A DNA stretch of 13,233 bases. Origin: Pseudobdellovibrionaceae bacterium (lineage in GTDB: Bacteria; Bdellovibrionota; Bdellovibrionia; Bdellovibrionales; Bdellovibrionaceae). A program made the position numbers and the translations under genes. The notes beneath the pieces were generated by a model that made no database searches, was not told the DNA's origin, and worked only from the letters and a program-made list of their open reading frames with translations. The stretch is from positions 1 to 13,233 of the forward strand of contig JBIKLL010000073.1 of the NCBI GenBank assembly GCA_044359815.1. The letters are read 5' to 3'. Below are positions 1 through 7,013 of the stretch, one piece after another (the first letter of the stretch is position 1; the number at the start of each line of letters is the position of its first letter).

Positions 1-84
1 GCCGCCTTAGAGTTGGAAAATTTTGAAGAATTGGGTCCTAAGTCTGCCGACCTAAAATGGTTGATCGGCCCCAAAAATTTTTAG
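1..84 (+). CDS. 3' end of a gene truncated by the window edge; probable SixA-like histidine phosphatase
   Basis: Frame 1 reads AALELENFEELGPKSADLKWLIGPKNF then TAG (82-84). The L-x-W-L-x-x-P-K tail resembles SixA-family C-termini, and sixA often lies near ppx. The catalytic RHG motif would be outside the window. Confidence 0.5.
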   Translation, partial: AALELENFEELGPKSADLKWLIGPKNF

Positions 85-87
85 ATG

Positions 88-471
88 GCCCACATGTCTG
101 CGATTAATTTGAATTTTAAAAAATATTTCTTTGTATTATACCTTTTGAATACATTTGCGAGCGCGCATGGCATATCTCGTGATGCGTAAATGCAAAGATA
201 ATTTTTTTCACTATTTTTAGACACTCGCTAACGGCCGCGGGCTCATCTCTCGTATTGAATCATTATATAAAAGCAATTTTTTGCTTTTATATAATGACTC
301 AACACCAGATATGCCCCGCGCGCTCGCTGCATGTGTCTAAAAACAGTAAAAACAAATTATCTTTGTATTTATGCAATACGAGAGATGAGCTTGCGGCCGT
401 TAGCAAGTATTCAAAAGGTATAATACAAAGAAATATTTTTTAAAATTCAAATTAATCGCAGACAGGTGGGC
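88..471. repeat. Large nested palindromic element (A-B-C-D-E-E'-B'-C'-D'-A')
   Basis: Inverted pairs read directly: A 88-152 / A' 407-471 (64/65 complementary); C 183-224 / C' 333-375 (38/43 with one gap); E 255-276 / E' 281-302 (21/22, TTTT loop); B 157-177 / B' 307-327 (19/21); D 227-255 / D' 376-404 (27/29). Confidence 0.97.
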
Positions 472-477
472 TAGTTG

Positions 478-1401
478 TTAAATCAATCCCCACAGGATGC
501 CATCTTTCAGGCCGACGTGGGGGATAAACATTTTTTCAATCGAAGCTTGTCGCAGAATTAGTTGCACCAATAAAGCCGCTGGTAAAATGACATCCGCGCG
601 GTCTTCACGCAAACCCAATTTTTCAATTCTATCTTTGATCGAATAACTCTGCAGGTGCTGTATGATGATATTCAGCTCCTGCAAGGTCAAAACCGTATTG
701 ACACTGGATTTTAAAATCTGAGATTTCAATTTACCCAAAGCTTCCAAGTTTCCGCCAGTGCCTACAGCAAAATCAAATTTTTCGTTACCGGAATTTTGAA
801 AAAACTGAGTCAATGCTTTTACAAAATCAGCCAAGATCAGCGACAGGTGCTCTTCACTCAAATTACGTTTTTTCAGATTTTGCAAAGTTCTGACGGTGCC
901 AAACGGAAAAGTTTCGGCAAAGGCGATCGCACCTTTGCGCGAACAGGTCAGTTCGACGCTGCCGCCGCCGATGTCGACCAGCAAAGCCGAATGATTTTCC
1001 AGTGAAACTTCTCGCGAAACAGCATCATAGATCAGTTTTGCTTCTTCTATGCCATCAATAATTTCCACTGCAATTTTTGATTTGCGAAACATCAAATCCA
1101 CAAAAGATTGCTTGTTTTTGGCTTCTCTCAAGGCGCTGGTGGCCACGGCTCGGATTTTAGAGACCTGATATTTTTCGGTGACTTCTTTGAATTTTCTAAA
1201 CGTTCTTGCTGATAATTTTAGGTTTTTCCCTGAAATTTCGCCGCTTTTAAATACATCGGCGCCCAGCCTGATTGGAAAACGGTATTTTTTTCTGATCTCT
1301 AAGCCAAGCTCAGTGTGTCTGGCGATCACCATCCTGATGGCGTTGCTGCCGATATCGATGGCTGCCAAATTTTGCTTTTTAGATTCAGTTTGCTTTTTCA
1401 A
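478..1401 (-). CDS. ppx: Ppx/GppA-family exopolyphosphatase, short form without C-terminal HD domain
   Basis: Motifs AAIDIGSNAIR, ATSALREAKN, IIDGIEEA, DIGGGSVE, GTGG, REDRADVI and GLKDG. The ORF track starts at TTG 1467; TTG 1401 (AGGGA upstream) is preferred because the extra 22 codons precede the family start. The start is uncertain. Confidence 0.92.
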   Translation of the reverse strand: MKKQTESKKQNLAAIDIGSNAIRMVIARHTELGLEIRKKYRFPIRLGADVFKSGEISGKNLKLSARTFRKFKEVTEKYQVSKIRAVATSALREAKNKQSFVDLMFRKSKIAVEIIDGIEEAKLIYDAVSREVSLENHSALLVDIGGGSVELTCSRKGAIAFAETFPFGTVRTLQNLKKRNLSEEHLSLILADFVKALTQFFQNSGNEKFDFAVGTGGNLEALGKLKSQILKSSVNTVLTLQELNIIIQHLQSYSIKDRIEKLGLREDRADVILPAALLVQLILRQASIEKMFIPHVGLKDGILWGLI

Positions 1402-1561
1402 TGTACTAACGATCCCTAAATCTGCCGATATCTTCAAGCTAGCTATGGCTTGGTGGCACTGCGACAAAATATGTTAAGCTTTCTTTATTTTATCGTTTTA
1501 TTTTGGCTTCTCTAATAGCCTAGAATCTCGAATATCTGTAATTTCTCAAAAGGTAAAATAT

Positions 1562-2224
1562 ATGGAAAGACAAGTCGACTCACAGCTAGTGATCCTGAAG
1601 AGCCAAATCATGACAATGGCTGGTTATGTTGAAAAAGCTTTGGATGACAGTATCAATGCGTTGATACAAAGGACTGCTGATAAGTTTAAAAAAATTCATG
1701 AAACCGAGGAAAAAATCAACGAGGAGCATGTGCGTATCGACAATAACTGTGTCGCTTTTTTTGCCAGACAATCGCCGCTGGCTAAGGACTTGCGATGGAT
1801 TGTTTCGATCATCAAAATTAATTCTGATTTAGAGCGTATGGGTGATCAATGTGTGAATATCGCTCACACAGGGAAAGACTATCTGCAAAGAAATATTGTT
1901 TTTAAGCTGACTGAGATTTCTCAGATGAGCACTATCGTGCGCAAAATGGTTAAAGATGCCTTGGACAGTTTTGTAACGGAAAATCATGAATTGGCCAGAT
2001 CCGTTATCAAGTGCGATGACGAAGTTGACCATTTGAAAAACCAAGTATTTCGTGAGTTCACAAGCTACATACAGACTCACCCTCAGAATGTGGAAGCGGC
2101 TTTGGATTTGATTTTAATTGCCCGAAATCTGGAACGTCTGGGTGATCATGCGACAAATATTGCCGAAGACGTTATTTATGTGACGACGGGAAAGGACATT
2201 AGACATGGTGGAAAATTCTCGTGA
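1562..2224 (+). CDS. phoU: Phosphate signalling complex protein PhoU
   Basis: Two PhoU repeats: QSPLAKDLR...SDLERMGD and DDEVD...RNLERLGDHATNIAE. AAGGT lies upstream of the ATG. Confidence 0.96.
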   Translation: MERQVDSQLVILKSQIMTMAGYVEKALDDSINALIQRTADKFKKIHETEEKINEEHVRIDNNCVAFFARQSPLAKDLRWIVSIIKINSDLERMGDQCVNIAHTGKDYLQRNIVFKLTEISQMSTIVRKMVKDALDSFVTENHELARSVIKCDDEVDHLKNQVFREFTSYIQTHPQNVEAALDLILIARNLERLGDHATNIAEDVIYVTTGKDIRHGGKFS

Positions 2225-2921
2225 CTTTAAACAAGCAAAGATTCTGGTCGTTGAAGACGAACTGGAAATCAGAGAACTGATTTCATTGTTGCTGTTGCGA
2301 CAGGGGCACGCCGTTCAACATTGTGACAATGGCAAACAAGCTTTTGAATTATTGAAAACAAATCCATTTGATTTGGTTGTGTTGGATTGGATGTTGCCTC
2401 AGCTCAGTGGGATTGATTTTTTAAAGAGCGTCCAAATTGAAAAAATTAAAACTCCAGTGCTGATGGTAACAGCTAAAGCTGAGCCTCAGGATATTGTCCA
2501 GGGGCTGGAAAGCGGAGCAGATGATTACATCACAAAGCCCTTTCAACCCTCTGTTTTTGTAGCCAGGGTCAAGGCTTTGCTGAGGAGATCTCAAGGAAGC
2601 TCTGAAGCTGCAAAAAAATCTGATGAATTGGATTTTGGAAACTTGAAAATTAATTTGGCGTCTTACGAAGTCATTTGTTGTTCTGAAAAAATTCATCTAA
2701 CACCCTCTGAATTCAAAATTCTGAGCACCATGGCATTAAATCAAGGACGAGTGATGACTCGGGATCAATTGGTTGAAATTGTGCAAGGGGAAGGAATCAG
2801 TGTCACCGGCAGAACCATTGACACCCATGTTTTTGGACTCAGAAAAAAATTAAATGAATGTTCTGAATGGATTGAAACCATTCGGGGCGTTGGATATCGA
2901 ATCAGGACGGAAGCCAATTGA
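2205..2921 (+). CDS. phoB: OmpR/PhoB-family response regulator, PhoB-like
   Basis: Receiver domain ILVVEDE, LDWMLP (phosphoacceptor Asp), GADDYITKPF. Winged-helix domain LTPSEF, RTIDTHV, IETIRGVGY. AAGGA 8 nt before the ATG. Overlaps the phoU end and sits between phoU and phoR. Confidence 0.9.
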   Translation: MVENSRDFKQAKILVVEDELEIRELISLLLLRQGHAVQHCDNGKQAFELLKTNPFDLVVLDWMLPQLSGIDFLKSVQIEKIKTPVLMVTAKAEPQDIVQGLESGADDYITKPFQPSVFVARVKALLRRSQGSSEAAKKSDELDFGNLKINLASYEVICCSEKIHLTPSEFKILSTMALNQGRVMTRDQLVEIVQGEGISVTGRTIDTHVFGLRKKLNECSEWIETIRGVGYRIRTEAN

Positions 2922-4336
2922 TGGGGCCGTTTTTCCCATGGCGTTTGTTTTGGAAATCATTTTTAACACTCAGTCTGGTCAGCTCGATTTTGTTGGGTGG
3001 AATTGTTTTAGTGCAGACTATAGTTCACCAAGAGCAGTATCTTTTGGCATGGGTGTTTGGATCGGCTTTGTTTTCTCTGTTTTCGCTATGGTATGCCTTT
3101 AAAATCAGTGTGCCTTTGCGGCGAATAATCTTTAGGTCTATGCGAATGGCCTACAGAAGGCGGTTTGCTGATTTAACCGATGAAATCAGTGACACTGATT
3201 TAGTTGAAGACGATCCCGGAGAGTATTTTGAACTGGAGCGAGCTTTAACAAAGATTCGCAAGAAACTTAAAAAACGCCGTGATCAGTTGAGTGAAGAAAG
3301 AGATGAATCTAAAGCTTTGATGAGTGCTTTAACGGATGCCGTTGTCAGTGTTGATTTGCAGGACAGGGTTAGGTTTTACAATTCAAAATTTGCTATTCAG
3401 TTTTTACCAAATAAACAGCAGTCAGAATTAGTGTTCACTCAAATTTTTCGCGAACCTGAGCTTTTATTACTGATCAAAGAAGTGATTAAAAACCAACAAT
3501 CTAAAACCAGAATTTTGTTTTTAAAAAATCCAATCACGACGGCCTATAAATATTATTCCATAACCATTTCGCCTGTAGTTAGTGAGTCTGAGGCTCTTTT
3601 GTCAGGTGTGTTGCTGCTGTTTCATGATATTTCTGAAGTTAAGCGGGCTGAGCAGATCAGGATAGAATTTGTGGAAAACGCTTCTCATGAATTGCGGACT
3701 CCGCTGACCTCGATCAAGGGATATCTGGATGCATTGATGGATGATTTTAAGACTGGAAATGTCACTAAGGCATCAGAGTTTTTAGCCATCATTTCAAAAA
3801 GTGTAGACCGGCTTAGTTTGCTGGTTAACGACATGCTCAATTTAGCTCATTTAGATGCGGGGGCTGGGTTGCAGAAAGAGCTTATCGATCCCTCCATAGT
3901 TTCAGAACAAGTAATCCAAGAGTTGGCGACTTTAGCCAAAAGCAAAAAAATCCAGATCAATTTAAGCAACAAGGCTATGCATTTTTCAGCAGATTCCGCA
4001 AAAATCGAACAGGTATTGGAAAACCTGATTGGCAATGCGATCAAATATGTGCAAGAAGGCGGTGCCATCAATGTATCCTGGGAAATGGCAAATGATAGCA
4101 TTGCTCTGAAGGTTTCCGACAACGGGCCGGGAATTGAAGCAGAGCATCTGCCGAGATTGTTTGAAAGATTCTATCGGGTGGACAAAGGCAGGGCCCGGGA
4201 TGCGGGTGGCACTGGTTTGGGGTTAGCCATAGTTAAACACATAGTTCAAAGCCATGGAGGGGAAGTGGAAGTTGCTTCGACCATGGGCAAAGGATCTGAA
4301 TTTATTTGCTATTTTCCGAAAACTGCAGATCATTAA
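2921..4336 (+). CDS. phoR: Sensor histidine kinase, PhoR-like (two TM helices, PAS-like region, HisKA, HATPase)
   Basis: H box NASHELRTPLT, N box NLIGNAIKY, DNGPGI, LFERFYRVDKGRAR, GTGLGLAIVKH. Two hydrophobic N-terminal segments. TGATG stop/start overlap with phoB at 2919-2923. Confidence 0.9.
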   Translation: MGPFFPWRLFWKSFLTLSLVSSILLGGIVLVQTIVHQEQYLLAWVFGSALFSLFSLWYAFKISVPLRRIIFRSMRMAYRRRFADLTDEISDTDLVEDDPGEYFELERALTKIRKKLKKRRDQLSEERDESKALMSALTDAVVSVDLQDRVRFYNSKFAIQFLPNKQQSELVFTQIFREPELLLLIKEVIKNQQSKTRILFLKNPITTAYKYYSITISPVVSESEALLSGVLLLFHDISEVKRAEQIRIEFVENASHELRTPLTSIKGYLDALMDDFKTGNVTKASEFLAIISKSVDRLSLLVNDMLNLAHLDAGAGLQKELIDPSIVSEQVIQELATLAKSKKIQINLSNKAMHFSADSAKIEQVLENLIGNAIKYVQEGGAINVSWEMANDSIALKVSDNGPGIEAEHLPRLFERFYRVDKGRARDAGGTGLGLAIVKHIVQSHGGEVEVASTMGKGSEFICYFPKTADH

Positions 4337-4339
4337 AAA

Positions 4340-5590
4340 ATGGAATCAGCTAAAAATGAAGTCGTGATCGTCGGTGGTGGAATCATTGGATTGTCCTGTG
4401 CAGTGGCTGCGGCCAAAACCGGCGCCAAAGTCAAAGTTTTGGAAAAAGGCATAGTGGGTTTTGGATGTTCCTATGGAAATGCCGGATGGGTGACACCCTG
4501 TTTTGCGATGCCTTTACCCATGCCAGGATTATTGTTGAAATCCATTGGTTGGCTGCTTGATCCAAACAGTCCCTTATATATAAAACCTCAGTTCAGTTTA
4601 TTTATGGCATCTTGGATGACCAAGTTTCTGACCAGCATGAACGAAAAACAAGCCACCGCTGCCATTGAAGTTTTGGTCAAGATTTCGCAAACAACTTTGA
4701 ATGAATTTAAATTGCTTAATGAAAAATACCCCTCTGAATTTGGATTTGAACAAAAAGGTTTATTGATGTTGGCGCAAACTCCGGGGGGAGTTAATGCTGC
4801 TGTTGATGAGTTAAAGCGAACCGAACGTTATGGAGTCAGAGGAAAAATTTTAAAGCCAGATGATGTTCATCAGGCCGAACCAGCTTTGAAGGGTGATTTT
4901 GCAGGTGGAGTTCATTTCTTGGATGAAGCTCACCTGGAACCATTAAGTGCTGTCAGAATTTTGAAGAAAGAAGCTGAATCCCTAGGTGTAGAGGTCATCG
5001 AGCACTGTGAATTGTTGGATTTTGATTTTTCTAATAGCCGCTTGAAGGGGATTTACACTACTAAGGGGCGCATTGAGGCCGATCAGTTTGTGTTGGCGAT
5101 GGGGGCCTGGTCAAAAGAATTTGCTAAAAAGGTATCGCTAAGCATCCCTATTTTAGGTGGTAAGGGTTATTCTTTGATTTTTCCAAGATTAAAAAGACAA
5201 CCACAAATCCCGTTGATGATTTTAGAGAAGAAAATTGCAGTTACCCCCAGAGCCGATTCTATTCGTGTGGCAGGAACTTTGGAACTGGTGGATCAGGATT
5301 TTTCAGTCACTCCTACCAGAGTGAAAGCTATTTATAACGGAGCCTTAAGGCATTTGGATTTACCTGATCAGGCCAGGGTGACAGAGGTTTGGCGGGGATT
5401 GCGTCCTTGCACTTCGGACGGAGTTCCAATGATTGGCAGACACGAACAATATAACAATATAGTGTTTGCCTGTGGACATCAGATGCTGGGACTGCAAACA
5501 TCCCTGGGAACAGGGAAATTGGTCGCGGATATTTTGCAAAATAAAACTTCTGATTTAAACATGAAGATCTTAGATCCCAACCGGTTTTAA
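4340..5590 (+). CDS. FAD-dependent oxidoreductase, D-amino-acid dehydrogenase (DadA/DAO) family
   Basis: Rossmann motif IVGGGIIG, SYGNAG, GKGYS, WRGLRPCTSDGVPMIG, GHQMLG. The substrate cannot be determined from sequence. Confidence 0.88.
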   Translation: MESAKNEVVIVGGGIIGLSCAVAAAKTGAKVKVLEKGIVGFGCSYGNAGWVTPCFAMPLPMPGLLLKSIGWLLDPNSPLYIKPQFSLFMASWMTKFLTSMNEKQATAAIEVLVKISQTTLNEFKLLNEKYPSEFGFEQKGLLMLAQTPGGVNAAVDELKRTERYGVRGKILKPDDVHQAEPALKGDFAGGVHFLDEAHLEPLSAVRILKKEAESLGVEVIEHCELLDFDFSNSRLKGIYTTKGRIEADQFVLAMGAWSKEFAKKVSLSIPILGGKGYSLIFPRLKRQPQIPLMILEKKIAVTPRADSIRVAGTLELVDQDFSVTPTRVKAIYNGALRHLDLPDQARVTEVWRGLRPCTSDGVPMIGRHEQYNNIVFACGHQMLGLQTSLGTGKLVADILQNKTSDLNMKILDPNRF

Positions 5591-5609
5591 AATATTAACA
5601 AACAAGATA

Positions 5610-5769
5610 AAGCGTCGATCCAAAATTTAGATTCTAAACAATTAATTTTACTAAATAAGGTCACAGCTCCTGCTTCTCTGCTCGGGCCGAGCCCCCGCCG
5701 TCCAGGCTCCGCAGAGGACCTTATTTAGTAAAATTAATTGTTTAGAATTTAAATTTTGAATCGACGCTT
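5610..5769. repeat. Long inverted repeat: 53-bp arms around a 54-nt GC-rich core (REPIN/MITE-like)
   Basis: Arm 5610-5662 versus arm 5717-5769 is 51/53 complementary. After a 9x9 internal loop there is further in-register pairing of 5591-5600 with 5779-5788 (9/10). Confidence 0.96.
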
Positions 5770-5786
5770 GGAGTAGAATGTTAAAA

Positions 5787-6047
5787 TTATTTCTTTGTGA
5801 CTACGGATTGATACAGTTTTTCGGAGTCAGCGTCGGTTAATTCAAAAAACCATTTCGCCTGAGGATAGATCACAGCGGCAATGCCTTTTTCGCAAAATCC
5901 CAGGCAGCCAGAAGAATTGATTCTGACATCAGGCAATCCTTTGCATTTTTGCTTGAGCTCCTGTCTTAGAGCTTCGGAGTTTTTGTTTCCGCATTTACCG
6001 GGCTTATCAGGTCCATTGGTGCAAACAAACACATGTGTCTTGTACAT
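5787..6047 (-). CDS. Thioredoxin-like [2Fe-2S] ferredoxin
   Basis: HVFVCTN...KC...RINSSGCLGFC...VIYP...W gives the four-Cys pattern of Trx-like 2Fe-2S ferredoxins. CAGGA lies upstream of the ATG. Confidence 0.9.
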   Translation of the reverse strand: MYKTHVFVCTNGPDKPGKCGNKNSEALRQELKQKCKGLPDVRINSSGCLGFCEKGIAAVIYPQAKWFFELTDADSEKLYQSVVTKK

Positions 6048-6143
6048 AGTGTCCTGATCCTGGCACAGATAAGCTCAGAGCAAAATATACACTGCATGGC
6101 GAAACAACAGGAATATTCAGATTATTTCCGCTAGTTTCAATTC

Positions 6144-6995
6144 GTGACAGAAATTTTTGATCAACACTTTCAAAATATCTATCAAGATCGATGGCATTCC
6201 CTCAAATCAGCCTTGCAAAGCCAAGTCCCTACGGATTTTTGCTTTCTGAACCCATTTACCAATGACTATCAAAATCTGAGTCAGCTTTTGCAGTCAAAGC
6301 CTGCTGATCGTATCACTAGGAATGAAAATCTGCTGAACGAATATTTTATCGATAAAGCCAGTGTGGCGCCCATTTTGAATTTGGAGCCTTATCTAAGAAA
6401 TTCTGCAAATTTGTCGATTTTGGATATGTGTGCAGCCCCTGGCGGAAAGGGGTTGCTGCTAAGTTCATTTATCAAAAATGATGGACAGATGATTTTCAAC
6501 GAACCCTCCATCAAACGGCGTGAATCCCTGAAAAAGGTGATTCAAAACTACATTCCCAGAAATATCCGTGAGCGAGTTCGTATCAGTGGGATAGATGGAT
6601 CTAAGTTTTTCAAGCAACATAATACTTTTGATGTGATTCTGGCCGATGTCCCTTGTTCCGGGGAAAGACATATTATTGAAAACAAAACCGAAATGCAAAA
6701 GTGGTCAGTGAAAAGGACACAAAAATTAGCCATTCAACAGTACGCAATCTTGTCGGCAGCATCCATGGCCTGTAAACCCGGGGGATTTATTTTGTATTCG
6801 ACTTGTTCTATTTCCCCCAATGAAAATGACCAAGTGATCGAAAAATTATTTGATCGGCATTCAGAACAGTTCAAAATATTAATGAGCCCTGAGATTTTTC
6901 AGGGACAAGAAAATTCCCAGTGGGGCAGTCAGTTGTTTCCAGATGTGGCACAAGCTGGCCCGATTTATTGGGCGCTTATTCAAAAATTAAACTAA
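6144..6995 (+). CDS. RsmB/RsmF/NOP2-family RNA m5C methyltransferase (compact)
   Basis: SAM motif LDMCAAPGGKG, motif IV ADVPCSGE and motif VI YSTCS, so both catalytic Cys are present. GTG start. Confidence 0.92.
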   Translation: MTEIFDQHFQNIYQDRWHSLKSALQSQVPTDFCFLNPFTNDYQNLSQLLQSKPADRITRNENLLNEYFIDKASVAPILNLEPYLRNSANLSILDMCAAPGGKGLLLSSFIKNDGQMIFNEPSIKRRESLKKVIQNYIPRNIRERVRISGIDGSKFFKQHNTFDVILADVPCSGERHIIENKTEMQKWSVKRTQKLAIQQYAILSAASMACKPGGFILYSTCSISPNENDQVIEKLFDRHSEQFKILMSPEIFQGQENSQWGSQLFPDVAQAGPIYWALIQKLN

Positions 6996-7013
6996 TCAGA
7001 AAATAATCAAAAT

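Noticed and set aside
226..405. Integron attC site (GCTAAC ... GTTAGC ends)
   Set aside because: The ends fit RYYYAAC/GTTRRRY imperfectly, the span of about 180 bp is too long, the flanking genes are convergent housekeeping-type genes rather than cassettes, and no integrase is present. Kept only as a mechanistic analogy.
255..443. 62-aa ORF from the track
   Set aside because: It lies wholly inside the palindromic element, has a TTG start with no clear Shine-Dalgarno, and shows no protein features.
88..471. CRISPR array reading of the alternating GC-rich and AT-rich blocks
   Set aside because: The repeats are inverted rather than direct, the would-be spacers pair with each other, and no cas genes are present.
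88..471. Retron msr-msd, or hammerhead/viroid-like RNA
   Set aside because: No reverse transcriptase in the window, and no CTGANGA plus GAAA hammerhead core found on either strand (only GATGAG at 384-389).
1405..1431. Sigma28 promoter toward phoU (GCCGATAT at 1424-1431)
   Set aside because: Good -10 match, but no TAAA-like -35 at the 15-nt spacing.
1525..1542. Pho box upstream of phoU
   Set aside because: Only one half-site-like word (CTGTAAT, 1536-1542); the position 11 bp upstream does not match.
5663..5716. tRNA or SRP RNA in the GC-rich core
   Set aside because: No cloverleaf or T-loop, and the SRP domain IV motif is not present in either orientation.
6993..7013. Short TAATCA direct repeat in the methyltransferase/glnS convergent gap
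   Set aside because: Too short and AT-rich to distinguish from chance, and it forms no hairpin.
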